The notes below the pieces were generated by a model that was given only the letters and a program-made list of their open reading frames with translations, searched no databases and was not told the DNA's origin. A DNA stretch of 64,000 bases from contig OX597815.1 of the NCBI GenBank assembly GCA_951406725.2, forward strand, positions 7,688,001 to 7,752,000, read 5' to 3'. Shown here in pieces: positions 42,017-54,900 of this stretch (positions are counted from its first letter, which is position 1; each line of letters begins with the position of its first letter). Both the position numbers and the translations under genes were made by a program. The DNA is from Octopus vulgaris (lineage: Eukaryota).

Positions 42017-43267
42017 TATATGTATACATACATATCTCTATATGTATACATGCATACATATATACAAACAAGCAAACAAACACACACATATTAATATAGA
42101 TACAACACATACATATAGGAGCAGACAGAGCTGTTGACAGGCATCCTTACGTAAATACGTACGTTGTTTAGATGCCTCTTATTTATCTGGTTGCTGCTGG
42201 CTGTGTCGCTGCCAATATTCCTACCCCGACTTAAATAAGCAGAGCCGACAGTGCATAAAAGTGTTTTCGTACACACTAATAGGAAAACAGTTTTTAACAA
42301 AATTAGCAAGGACCATGACAATAAATACATGACAAGCGCAAACTTTCGAAAAAAATTGCACTTTATTTATCTAAGTCAGTATTTCCACATGCTCAAGTGA
42401 TTCTAGAATGTTACAGGCAAAGGGTAAAAGCCCCCTCTGAGTTCTAATAAAGGCCTTTACATTCTCTCGAATTCGATTTTTCGTATAGCCATTTGTTTAA
42501 ATAGTGAAATTATGCTCGTTGAATTACTTGGTTTCTGACTTCAGCAGTTTGCGAACAGTTTCAAAGTATGATTGAGAAAGAATTAGTTCTTTGCCGATTC
42601 CCATTTCCATCACCTCCAAAGTACTTTTACAATGATTTGATGCATTTCAGAGCAATTAGGTTCTGTCAATAGACAGTAAAAAAGCAATCTATCGAGTCAC
42701 AAAATCGCACCAATTACAATCATTAACATCCACGAAGACTCCTTTAATTATGTTCCTCTTTTAGACGAGATGCTGAAATAGTTAAATATATACAGTATAT
42801 GTGGAACATAATATTTTCAATAACAATTTCAGTTTCCCCCTAGTAAACATTGTTGCATTCTACAAACAATGGCTGAAGTGGTTTGCAGAAGTAATTTTCC
42901 GATGACCCATTTTCAGTTTCTGATAAAACAATGCTATATTTTCTACTTTACATTTCCATTGTCAACAATATATTTTATCTTCTTTTTTTTTTCCATATAT
43001 GTTTCAGTCATTTGACTGTGGCCATACTGGGGCACCACCTTGAATCTTTTAGTCGAATGAATTGACTCCAGCATTTATTTTTGTTTAAGTTTGGTACTTA
43101 TTCTATCGGTCTCTTTCGCCGAACCGCTAAGTTACGGGGACATAAACACACCAAACCGTTTGTCAAACGGGGGCGACAAACACAGACACTATGACACACA
43201 CACACACATACACATATTATATATATATATATATTCAAAGTAAGCAACAAGAATATCTTCGGTAACT

Positions 43268-43351
43268 TGGTACGATCGTTTCATGCTACATCATTTTATT
43301 AAACATTGTAAGTATTACATCAGTTTTAAAATGTTGAGCAATCTTCAGCCA
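43268..43351 (-). ncRNA. Hammerhead ribozyme motif, extended stem II
   Basis: Reverse complement: tgg-CTGAAGA-tTGCT...AGCAt-GAAA-CGATCG-TA-cca. Confidence 0.72.
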
Positions 43352-43462
43352 TTCATAGAGGTTTTCCATCAATACATATATATAGTTCCATGTTAATTGA
43401 TAACATTATAAAGAGGGTAGACATGAAAATAAGTATATGTATTGATGGAAAACCTCTATGAA

Positions 43463-43546
43463 TGGCTGAAGATTGCTCATCATTTTAAAACTGATGTAAT
43501 ACTTACAATGTTTAATAAAATGATGTCGCATGAAACAATCGTACCA
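43463..43546 (+). ncRNA. Hammerhead ribozyme motif, extended stem II (mirror copy)
   Basis: tgg-CTGAAGA-tTGC...GCAt-GAAA-CAATCG-TA-cca. Confidence 0.68.
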
Positions 43547-43805
43547 AATTACCGAAGATATTCTTGTTGCTTACTTTAATTATAATCATCACCTCATGGA
43601 TTTATATGGATAATACCGTACAAAATTCTTTGTTCAACATGAAGTACAGATTTCCTTATTCTCTTTCCTAACTGCGAAAGCTTTGTTGCAACTAAACAAC
43701 CGAACGATTAGAAAAGGATTTTTGATACTTTTGGAAGACTTTAAGTCCACCGGTTTTTTACAATAACAAACACTCCCGCGCGAACACGCGCATTTGTATT
43801 AACTT

Positions 43806-44398
43806 GGTGCTACTTTGGCGTATGATCTACAACTTAAGGGGCGATTACTTCAGGTTATTTTTTTAGTTAGGGTTATTTTTTAGTTAGCAATTTCTAAAAA
43901 CACTTAACATATTGGCTAAAGAATTTTTTGCAATAGATTCTTTTGTACATATTTAACATTGTAAACGTATTTTTTTCAAAATTCATATTATTTTTAATGA
44001 TAATAAAATTATCTTTCATTTATGTCTAAGTAAGTAATAAGAAGAAACCAACAATAAACAACATAATAACTAAAATAAGCGTGTAGGTCACACAAGTTTG
44101 GCAGCCGCGAGCTTTACAACGTAAAATTGGCAAAATTTCACCGTTTTTTTTTTTTTCCTTTTTCTTGAATCTTCCTTCATTTCTCCACCACAGCGATGAT
44201 AAGACGCAACATTTTCTTCATCAGCAAAAAGGCCATTTCTTCGTAAAAATGCAACTGCCTTCGTCTCGTCGTTCGCTGATCTCATGGTAAAAATCTTTAG
44301 CCAAAATCTTCAGGGATTTTAGAAATTGAAAAGTAAACTAAAAAGTAACCTAAAGTAATTGCCCCCTTAAGGTGTAGATCACACGCCAAAGTAGCACC
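43806..44398 (-). mobile_element. Non-autonomous TIR element, Merlin-like, with 5-bp TSD
   Basis: ~65 bp TIRs GGTGCTACTTTGGCG / CGCCAAAGTAGCACC; AACTT directly on both sides; internal peptide DETKAVAFLRRNGLF...RCGGEM resembles Merlin/IS1595 N-termini. Confidence 0.65.
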
Positions 44399-44470
44399 AA
44401 CTTGTTAACACACACACACACACACACACACGTTCATTATTAGCGGCGACAAAAGCAGTATTAACTCAAA

Positions 44471-44968
44471 TTAGCAATATGTATATCATACTTAAAGCAT
44501 ACTATTGAAAACTCTCTAAGCTGTGGTATTCGTCTCAAAAAAGCATGTCTTATAGAAGTATAATGTTAAAGAAAAAAATTAAAAACAGAAATATACCAGT
44601 AAGAAAGTTCTATCTCTTTCAATTACATCCGTAGCAAGTATCCACAGACACTACATGCTAAGCGAAACTCGGCCTTTGGCTGATTTAGTTGAATAGAGAT
44701 TGAAAGGTCACTGATGTTACATTTAGCCAAACGGGTTGAATAAAAATTCCAGTATTAGCGACGTAAGCAGTATTAGTTCAAATAAGTACTTCAAGCATAT
44801 ATACTGTTGTGGTCTTTCTAAACTGCGATAAATCTGGATTTAGCAATACCAGCGCTGTTACTTTTTAAACACTATACGTGTATTCGAGATGCTTTCTCGA
44901 AACGAATACTGCAGTTTGCAAGGCTTTCAAAAGTATACATGCTTTAAGTATGATATACAGATTGCTAA
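44471..44968. mobile_element. Old fold-back/MITE-like element with diverged long inverted arms
   Basis: ttagcaat.tgtatatcatacttaaagcat vs atgctttaagtatgatataca.attgctaa; a further match gtattcgt..aaagcat vs atgcttt..acgaatac. Confidence 0.65.
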
Positions 44969-45010
44969 TATATAAATGCATATATATATATATATGATGA
45001 GTACGGGACA

Positions 45011-45220
45011 CTTTTATCTGCTGCAATATTTGCAACTTTTAATAAAGCCTGTCTTTGTATGAAACAATTGTACTAAAAACTAATCCATCCTTGTTGATTC
45101 TTTTCTCGTTTATAATCACCCCACACTACTGTATTGGTTAACACCATATAGTTTTCTGGTGCATCTAAGTTAAGTACCATATTCAAGTGAATTCATTAGA
45201 ATTGACTTGAATCTTAATTG

Positions 45221-45225
<5 letters not shown>
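45011..45225 (+). mobile_element. 5'-truncated family P1 copy with the 3' half of the hammerhead
   Basis: GAAACAATTGTA at 45061-45072; downstream tataatcacccc...ttctggtgcatctaa..gtaccatattca matches 37827-37900. Confidence 0.7.
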
Positions 45226-45268
<43 letters not shown>

Positions 45269-45333
45269 AAAGTTTTGCGTAATGAGATAAAAAGCCACGG
45301 CTGTATAGATATTAGAACATTTATAGATAGAAG

Positions 45334-45388
45334 GTCTTACAGCTGTTTCTAGGATATTAATTAATAATAACATCCCTTCATCGGAAAC
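45334..45388 (-). ncRNA. Type I minimal hammerhead motif
   Basis: Reverse complement: gttt-CCGATGA-a-GGGATG...TATCCT-a-GAAA-CAGCTG-TA-agac. Confidence 0.65.
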
Positions 45389-45480
45389 GGTGTGAGAGGA
45401 AACAAATTAAGTCATATATATATATATATATATATACATACATGCAAATACACACATACACACACATATATAAATACACG

Positions 45481-45655
45481 AAATTAATTGATAAAGGAAC
45501 AGGAAATCATGCAATAAACTTCATTAGCTCACAGCTGTTTTTGCTATAAGATGCAATTTACTCAGAGAAGAGCGTTTGTACATCACAGCTTCCTCAGAGC
45601 AGCTTCTTAAATGAAGTACATTGCTTTTCCTGTTCCTTTGTCATTTATTTAATTT
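45481..45655 (-). mobile_element. Short fold-back enclosing a degenerate hammerhead (45527-45600)
   Basis: Arms aaaggaacaggaaa / tttcctgttccttt; reverse complement GCT-CTGAGGA-a-GCTGTGATG...CATCttATAGC-a-AAAA-CAGCTG-TG-AGC. Confidence 0.5.
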
Positions 45656-46435
45656 CAAATTGCGCTCTGTATCCAACTAATGCTTTATCCTAAAGCGTAT
45701 GTATATTGAGTTCTATCACCTGGTTATTAGTATCGCTGTGCCTAAGCGAAATATTAAAATACATACATACATATGCTCAAATACCAATCTTGAGAAATTA
45801 GGCTTCTCAAAACCTAATTTTGAGAAAGGAACAAGCTGATTCGAAGTCTACACATCCAAGCAATCACTGGAACTGTAAAAATCTGTAAAACTTTCCAGAA
45901 GTTTATCATTTACTTATTTATGAGAATGTCTAGATATGCAGCTATATGCATGAGAAGACTTACAGAAAACAAAACATACATACATACATACATACATACA
46001 TACATACATACATACATACATACATAAATTAATAAATAAAACATATGCATATATACATACACATATGTACTACCTACCTCTACATGTATATATACTTGCA
46101 TATATGGGTACAGGACACCAAAAAACGTCGAACACAATGAGAAACGAAAACATAAACACAAAAACAAGGAAATGGACATTTTTCTTAAACAACGAAAAAA
46201 TAGAGTACAGGACAAATAACACAAGGAAAATACCCCTTCTTCAGTCGCCATGGTTTCATCTACTCTGCGTTTCGAAGGTGAAGGCGATACACATCTTCGA
46301 TAGAAATTTTCCTTCCCGCGAAAAGCAAATTAAACAAAATTTGAGATCTTTTTGCGGAGGGGCAAAAATGGTAACAAAAAACAGGACAGTAACGACAGTA
46401 TAAAATATAAACAGTAAAAGACAGGACAAGGAGAC

Positions 46436-46639
46436 CGCCGGGCGAAATGCTTAACAGTATTTCGTCTGCCGCTACGTTCTGAGTTCAAATTCCGCCGAGG
46501 TCGACTTTGCCTTTCATCCTTTTGGGGTCGATTAAATAAATACCAGTTACGCACTGGGGTCGATATATTCGACTTAATCCGTTTGTCTGTCCTTGTTTGC
46601 CCCCTCCGTGTGTAGCCCCTTGTGGTCAGTAAAGAAATA
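46436..46639 (+). mobile_element. SINE family B
   Basis: Colinear with consensus. Confidence 0.88.
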
Positions 46640-46832
46640 AGATACTACGGAAGGACTATGATTGCTAAAACTTTCCCATCTATTTAACAGCGTACCACCA
46701 CCTTGCCAACGCTGCGTCAGCCAAAACCATTTGTCGTGAGCTCCATAAAGCTGAATACTACGGGAGGGCCACAATTGCTAAAACTTTCCTCTCCATTTAA
46801 CAAGGTGTTTCCATTATTGTGTTCAACTCCTG
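46640..46832 (+). mobile_element. Tc1 deletion fragment related to 33650-34393
   Basis: KTICRELHKAEYYGRATIAK HTH-like peptide; end aaggtgtttccattatt.tgt.caac.cctg matches the 3' TIR at 34364-34393. Confidence 0.6.
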
Positions 46833-46848
46833 AATGTCTATATGTGTG

Positions 46849-46881
<33 letters not shown>

Positions 46882-47155
46882 ATGTGTGTGTGTGTGTGTG
46901 TGCCCTTGAGCTCACGCTTGTTTGTGTGATAATGGTAGCAGCGGTGATGTGTGTATGTTTATGTGTTTGCAGATATGTGAGTGTTTGTGTATCTCATACG
47001 GACACGTGACATATTACTATATATTTAATATATTTCCTGCCCTTATTGATCGAACAGCAATATCAGTGAGAGGCGGGTGGTTAGAAGAATAGGTCTAAAG
47101 GCGGACAAAATGTTTTGTGTTAGTATGTGTGTGTCTTTGTACGTGTCTGTAGTAA

Positions 47156-47194
<39 letters not shown>

Positions 47195-47361
47195 TAGTGG
47201 TGGTAATGCTATGTTCTACGGTCCATTAGAATGAGTTGTTTTCCCCAGCAACACCACTACTACAACCGTACCATACTATCATCACCACCACCGCCAACTC
47301 TACCACTACCACCAACATTATCGTTATCCATTATCTCCACACCACCACCACCACCACCACC

Positions 47362-47393
<32 letters not shown>

Positions 47394-48542
47394 CAACAAA
47401 CATGACACTAATAGCACCAAAACCAACTCACCATCACTATCACCATTAGTGTCAACGCCATCACTGCGTATCTCCGTCGCTGACATCACCATCTCCAAGA
47501 ACAACATCCACTACTATCACCATTATCACCACCACCACCACCACCACCACCATCATCACCACCACCGCCACCAACAACAACAACTAGAGTTTCTCAGAAA
47601 AATAAGTATTTCTCAAATGATGCTTGACTGTCACAGTTCAGTGGTGTCCGCCTAACCTGATCAGACATTCCTACTAATTTATTTCCGAATGTAGAGTACA
47701 CACCCGACACACATACTCTCTACTCTCTACTCTCCATCTCACAGAATTGTCACTCCGAATTCTGTTAATACCCACACGACAGTTGCTTGTTGAAACTGGT
47801 GTGCGCTTCAGTTCACTACCCGCTCTACTGTAACCAAGATGCGAGATATACCCTATTTGACATCATAAAAGACGCACGGACATATTCGGCAAAGCTCAAT
47901 TGCAAGAAAACGCATAATCTAGAATGAAAAGATAAATTTTAAGCCCATTAATGCTTATGGGAGGCCCGACTGCATATATAGGGACCCTAGGTGATTATTT
48001 GAGCTTTTTTTTCTTTTTGATTTTGAAAAGAGCTTCATGTATGCCATCAAATACGCTAGTTGTTATCGTTAACACTGTTACGTTACCGAATACTGGCTCT
48101 TAGGATTCATTTCTGACATATTTAATCTGTCATTGAGGGGTTAGCTGTTGGGGTTCAGTGTTTTCTTTTAGACTTGTGTGTTTGATGTGTCTGATGTTCT
48201 ATTTGGTGGTGTGTGGAAAAAAGGTGGAAGTCGAAGCCGGGGGTTGCATTCTGAGGGGAAAAGATTGCGAAATGTTTAGGGCACAGTTTAGGTGTTGAGA
48301 TACCGTAGGGATCTTTTTGGCTGTTCTCTTTAATTGTTTCATTTATTGGACTGCAGCCATACTGGGGTACAGCCCTGAACGGTTTTTAGTCGAACAAATC
48401 GACAGAAGTACATATTTTTGAAGTTTGGCACTTATTTTATCGTTACCTTTTTGCCGAACTGCACTATTACGGGGGATGTAAAGAAACCACCATCGGTTGT
48501 TAAGTAGAGTGTGTGTGTGTGTTTGATACACACACATATATA

Positions 48543-48819
48543 CAGTGTAATCCAAAAGTCGCCATACAGAAGAACAATTTATTTTTTTATAAGAAACAAT
48601 TTTTTTATTCTCTTTTACTTGTTTCAGTCATTTGACTGCGGCCATGCTGGAGCACCACCTTTAATCGAGCAACTCGACTCCGGGACTTATTCTTTGTAAG
48701 CCCAGTACTTATTCTATCGGTCTCTTTTGCCGAACCGCTAGGTAACGGGGACATAAACACACCAGCATCGGTTGTCAAGCAATGCTAGGGGGACAAACAC
48801 AGACACACAAACACACACG

Positions 48820-48875
<56 letters not shown>

Positions 48876-49104
48876 TACGACGGGCTTCTTTCAGTTTCCG
48901 TCTACCAAATCCACTCACAAGGCATTGGTCGTCCCAAGGCTATAGTAGAAGACACTTGCCCAAGTTGCCACGCAGTGGGACTGAACCCGGAACCACGTGG
49001 TTGGTTAGCAAGCTACTTACCACACAACCACTCCTGCGCCTGTATAACTGTTTCTTATAAAAAAATAAATTTTTCCTATGTATGGTGACTTTTGAATCAA
49101 CCTG
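48543..49104. mobile_element. ~120 bp palindromic Tc1/mariner-type MITE split at its centre by SINE A
   Basis: TA|cagtgtaatccaaaagtcgccatac...ttttttataagaaaca vs tgtttcttataaaaaaa...gtatggtgacttttgaatcaacctg. Confidence 0.75.
48603..49041 (-). mobile_element. SINE family A, full length
   Basis: Colinear with consensus. Confidence 0.92.
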
Positions 49105-50756
49105 GAAATAGTCAAGCTTCCATACAGTTTCTATCCACCAAATTAACTCACAAGGCTATGGTAGAAGACACCTGTCTAAAGTGCCGCGCAGTGAGTCTGA
49201 CCCAGAAACTAGATTCTTAACCACACAGACATGCGTGCACATAAAGAAAGGAAAAGAGGTGGATGTGTTAGCTGGACTTTGATGGAACAGGTATGTTGCT
49301 TGATAGTTCGGTGAGACTGAATTCTTTGAAACCTTGAAATATCTACAATAAAGTATCATAACCACACAGATCTCCGATCGAAATAGGCACACGAAACTCA
49401 TTTTATCTAGCTCTGTCTCGACGTCAAGCAAAACCTTTATCAAACTACCCCCACTATCTCTGCACCCGTTAGATCATCCGACCCCTGCCTCATCACAATT
49501 ATCCACCACCTACACGTTATGGGACGAGAATTCAGTTTAATGGTTGAAGCGCTGTCAGTTTAACATAAGCTATCCCCTACCATATACAACACAAAGTCCA
49601 GTTCTCCTTGTGATGTAGTAGTGGGTGTCTCAATGACGCTGAGAGCTACGCGACAGACGTGTAAGCTCCTTGGTAGAGTCTCCTATGTTGGACAACTCAA
49701 AAGATAGAGGCCAGACTAATAAATCTGGAAAGACACTGGAGGCAGGAATATTTTTTTTAAATGTTGGAATCTAAACTGAGAGAAATTGAAAGACAGCTAG
49801 AGTCGAGAACAGTGGAGAAAAAGTTGCCGATGCTTAAACCTTATGCTCCATAAAGAGAAAACGGGCTTCAGCAAATCTCCCCCATTACACACACACACAT
49901 ACACACACACATATATAGGCGCAGACGTGGATGAGTGGTAAGAAGCTTGCTTCCCAGTCACATAGTTCCAGGTTCAGTCCCGCTGTGTGGCACCTTGGGC
50001 AAGTGTCTTCTATTATAGCCTCGTGCTGACCAACGCCTTGTGACTAGATATGGTAGACGGAAACTGAAAGAAGCCCGTCGTATATATATATATGTATATG
50101 TTTGAGTGTCTGTGTTTGCCCCCCCTTCCAACGTCTTTGTGTGTCTGTGTTTGTCCCCCCAACATCGCTTGATAACCGATGCTGGTGTGTTTACGTCCCC
50201 GTAACTTAGCGGTTCGGCAAAAGAGACCGATAGAATAAGTACTAGGCTTACAAAGAAATTAGTCCTGGGGTTGATTTGCTCGACTAAAGGCGGTGCTCCA
50301 GCATGACCGCAGTCAAATGTCTGAAACAAACAAAAGAATAAAAGAATAGAAAATACTATAATAATATTATAATTTCATAGCGTCCCCCAATCCAATGGCC
50401 TTCTCCCAATGCCTCCTTTTTCTCTACCATCCCCTTAGGTACCAGCGCTCACCTGGACCCTCTCAACGCCCACCGGGGGCCGGTAGTGCCCACTTTGAGA
50501 ACCTATGGTCGAAGGGATAATAGTATCCGCTCTTACTATCGGCATCAATTATCTCATGTACTATACCGAATGTGCTATGAAGATGAATATTATTTTCGGA
50601 ATTTCTTTCGTAAGCAACGACTAACACTGGAAGCGGAAACGGCCGTAAGAAATGTTACGTCATGTTTTGTATTAAAAAATAATCAACCGATGTTGGTCAA
50701 TTTGTTTGTTGATAAAAATTTTTTTCCATTTTCTGATTATTTCAATTTATATATGT

Positions 50757-50805
<49 letters not shown>

Positions 50806-50998
50806 TCCCCACCCTCGCCATCGCTTGACAACCGATGTTGATGTGTTTATCTCCCCTTAACCTAGCGGTTTGGAAAACATCCCGATAGAATAAGTACTAG
50901 ACTTACAAAGAATAAGTCTTGCGGTCGATTTCTTCGACTAAAAACCGTGAAGGCGGTGCTCCAGCATGGCCGCACTCAAATGACTGAAACAAATAAAA

Positions 50999-51034
<36 letters not shown>

Positions 51035-51595
51035 CTTTGTTCTTTTAGTTGTTCCAGTCATTTGACTGCGGCCATGCTGGAGCACCGCCTTATTTGAACA
51101 AACTGACCCCAGGACTTATACATCGTAAGCCTAGTACTTACTTTATCGGTCTTTTGCTGAACTGCTAACTTACGAGAACGTAAACTCACCAACATCGGTT
51201 GTCAAGCGATGGTGGGTGATAAATACAGACACACAAATACATACATACATACATACATACATACATACATACATACATACAGACATACATACATACATAA
51301 ATACATACATACATACATACATACATAAATACATACATACATACACACATACATGCATACATACATTCTTCCGTCTACCAAATCCACTCACAAGTGTTTG
51401 ATCGGCGCGATGTTATAGTTGAAGACACTTTCCACGTAGTGAAACCGAACCCGGAACTATGTAGTTGGGAAGCATGCTTCTTACCACACAGCCATTTCTG
51501 CGCATAACCCCCCCTCACACAGGGCACCTCATCATACTGACTAAGGCCATTAAGAAACGGAAGAACAGAACGAGAATAGGTGGTATGGTCGTTTG

Positions 51596-52895
51596 GGGAT
51601 CCGGACAAAAGCCCCTCGGACAAAGCCTTTTAGGTAAAGTGCGAAAGCGGAGAAAACCCCATCGGATATATTTTTTGGTTATTTTTCGTTTTCTTTTTAC
51701 TTGTGCATCATTGGACTGTGACCATTCTGGAGCACTGCTTTGAGGAATTTTTAGTTGAATGTATCGACCCCAGAATATTTTCTTTTTCTTTTTTTTTTTA
51801 CTTGTTTCACTCGTTAGACTGCGGCCATGCTGGGACACCGCCTTGAAGAATTTTTCGTGGCAGAAAAACCAGCATTTTAAAATTTAAATTTGAAATTTAA
51901 ATTTAGAGTCTTTTGTTTTCTCCTCTCTGCACATAGAAATTAATGAGAATGAGCTGATCTTTTGAACTTTCTCCAGCCGTTCAAGGTGTAACAGAATGAT
52001 GGCGCCGAAGTCTAGTTGTTCAAACGTACTTCGGATTGTTTCTATCTTTCTACACATTTCTTGAAGTAAATGCTTTCCCTTTTGTTAGGTTGCTTACCAA
52101 CCACATGGTTCCGGGTTCAGTCCCGCAGCGTGGCACCTTGGGCAAGTATCTTCTACTACAGCCACGGGTCGACTAAAGCCTTGTGAGTGGATTTGGTAGA
52201 TGGAAACTGAAAGAAGCCCGTCGTATATATGTGTATATATATATATGTGTGTGTGTGTGTTTGTGTGTCTGTGTTTGTGTGTCGCTTGACAACCGGTACT
52301 GGTGTGTTTACGCTCCCATAACTTAGCGGTTCGGCGAAAGAAATTCACGATAGAATAAGTACCAGGCTTACAAAGAATAAGTCCTGGGGTCGATTTGTTC
52401 GACTAAAGGCAAGGCGGTGCTCCAGCATGGCTGCAGTCAAATGACTGAAACAAGTAAAAGAATAAAAGAATATCACAGAGGTGATTTTGACCAGGCTTGA
52501 AAACGCATTCTATGTTCCATATATTCGACTAAAAATATTTCAAGGATGTACCCCAGCCGCAAAAACAAGTGAAAACGAAAGTACAAGTAAAAATGGAAAA
52601 AAAAAAAAAAATTCTGGCGTCGATACATTCGAATAAAAATTCTTTAAGGCGGTACCCTAGCATGGCCACAGTCTAATGACTGACACGAGGAAAAGGGAGG
52701 AAAATCGAAAAACATAACCGAAAAATATAACCGAGGGGTTATATGGGGGTTTTGTCCGAGGAACTTTTGTCCCGGGGAGCTTTTGCCGGGGGGGGGGGTG
52801 CTTTTGTCTTGGGGTGCTTTTGTCCCGGGAGGCGTTTGTCCAGGAGGGCTTTTGTCCAGGGGAGCTTTTGTCCTGGGGGATTTTGTCCTACACTC
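51596..52895. mobile_element. Non-autonomous Mutator-like element with ~15-bp subterminal repeats and long TIRs
   Basis: GGACAAAAGCCC repeats at left, GGGCTTTTGTCC repeats at right; 9-bp TSD GGTCGTTTG at 51587-51595 is perfectly preserved at 56312-56320 in the duplicate. Confidence 0.75.
52090..52470 (+). mobile_element. SINE family A nested in the Mutator-like element
   Basis: Colinear with consensus. Confidence 0.88.
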
Positions 52896-53195
52896 GGTCT
52901 TTGTATTGGTTTATTATGTCGACGCTGCACGCCAGAGAGGCTGAAAGGTAAATTATACGAAATAACCTGGGAGTTATTCAAGGGGTTATAAAAGGCAGTG
53001 GTTATGCTGTGGTAATATCAACCTCTTTTTATACAATGCAACATAACTGCTGACTATGCTGGAGTATTTTGTGAAGTTACTCTTAAAAAAAATTCAGGTG
53101 TAAAAGGAAGGACGTCTCACACATCACAAGTGAGGAGTATGGTGCTGTACTTCTATAGACATGTTATATGCGTTTGTCTCTGTGTATGAATATGA

Positions 53196-53260
<65 letters not shown>

Positions 53261-53466
53261 AACATAAACACACACGTACGCTTGGTAGAACAAACTGGAT
53301 AAATAGATCTCAATATATGAGTTTATGGATTTTATTATTTTGAATAGACAGAAAGTTACTCAACGGGCAACAGTTTCGTTCATAGCACTCATCAAAGTGT
53401 GTGTATATGTGTGTGTGTGTGTGTGTATGTGTGTGTGTGTGGTATGTATGTATGTATGTATGTATG

Positions 53467-53697
53467 TATTTCTTTACTACCCACAAGGGGTTAAACACAG
53501 AGAGGACAAAAAAGGACAGACAAACGGATTAAGTCGATTACATCGACCCCAGTGCGTAACTGGTACTTAATTTATCGACCCCGAAAGGATGAAAGGCAAA
53601 GTCGACCTCGGCGGAATTTGAACTCAGGACGTAACGGCAGACGAAATACGTCTACGCATTTCGCCCGGCGTGCTAACGTTTCTGCCAGCTCACCACC
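53467..53697 (-). mobile_element. SINE family B (duplicate at 56910-57143)
   Basis: Inserted in a (TATG)n tract. Confidence 0.9.
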
Positions 53698-53700
53698 TTC

Positions 53701-53731
<31 letters not shown>

Positions 53732-54139
53732 TGTATGTATGTATGTATGTATCTCTTAGCTTCTCAAACGACTCAGCTTCTTGCCATTTCCGGTGGTGTG
53801 TGCCTGGTTGTTGCTATTTCCGCTGGCATAGAACCACTTATAATTTCCACTGTTGTTTTTTTATCATTGATTGATTTTGTTACTGTTGCTATTTTTTTTT
53901 ATTTCGTTGATATCCTTATTGTTGTTATCGTTGTCGTTCAGCCCTGGGTCATTCCCAGTCAAGCAGGCAAAATGATAACATCTATGACCATCTCGTCCTT
54001 TTCTATATGCACATGAGTGCAAATATATTTACGCACACAGCCACAAATACATATATATCTTGAAATATATTATCTAATACGTCCTTATTATAAGATGATC
54101 TGATTACGGCGATGCGCACATATAACTCCCATCACCACA

Positions 54140-54900
54140 GTGAAAGACTATTCACTCCCGGTACATATCTATCGTATCTATGGAACATCAAAATTGCACA
54201 AACAAAACAATGATTTCTCAGATATGCACACCAACAGAGGATATCGTCGAAAGACTGGAAAACCTAATTACACAATACACACCGGAGATATACAGAATAT
54301 GATTATTCAAAGATTTGTTAGAGATCTTAGAAGAAACTATGGAATCAAACAACAGCTCCACCTTTATACGCAGGAAATCTGTTTACCAATGCTTCTGCGG
54401 TAGAACTAATAGAAATCGCATGAAATAACGCATTTAAACATCCAATAATAAAACTACTTGTTAAACCGCAACTAAAATACTACAGGAATTACAAACGTAT
54501 TGTAGAAAACATCATCATCATCATTGTTCGACCGTGGTCGGGACAACGGAATTTACCATGTTACGCCAGACTTCACGGTCCATCATGGCATTACGGAGGT
54601 CCTGTTGCTGGATGCCTGTATCCCTGGAGATTACAGAACTACCATTTCGCTCTGAGAAGCCATGGTTTCTCACTTAGGACCACATTTGCAACGTTCTATG
54701 TGGCGACAATAAAAAATAAGGGGTAATAAGGATATACTTTCTAGAACAGACAGACTGGAGAAGGTAGAGAAATCAAAGCAATCCCTTGAAAACTGCTTTA
54801 CAACAGAATTTTAAATTCCAGGAAACAAACGAATCCTAGCAATGAATGACTTAATTTCTAGATATAACTATTCAGATAGAACAAACCATATATACAGGGT
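54140..54900 (+). pseudogene. Penelope-like reverse transcriptase remnant (duplicate 57648-58410)
   Basis: Frameshifted IYGTSKLHKQN / MISQICTPT...LENLITQY / LYAGNLFTNA...EIA*NNAFKHP / AMVSHLGP-TFATFYV / FLDITI, i.e. the PLE RT motifs YG.PK.HK, SLDV..LFTNVP, MGSPLGP..AN..M and FLD. Confidence 0.75.
54511..54635 (-). mobile_element. RTE-type LINE 3' fragment with (TGA)n tail (duplicate 58019-58143)
   Basis: Reverse complement VISRDTGIQQQDLRNAMMDREVWRNMV...* followed by tgatgatga; the MxDRxxWR motif is typical of RTE. Confidence 0.75.

Larger units (their letters stand above)
43237..43640. mobile_element. Fold-back element, family P1 copy 2 (arms 43237-43380 / 43434-43577)
   Basis: Near-perfect 144-bp inverted repeat, diverged homolog of 37484-37826. 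Confidence 0.88.

Noticed and set aside
42100-42960. Possible decayed transposase
   Set aside because: No diagnostic motif could be recovered by eye.
46230-46300. Minus-strand CTGAAGA and GAAAC motifs
   Set aside because: Their order and stems do not assemble into a hammerhead.
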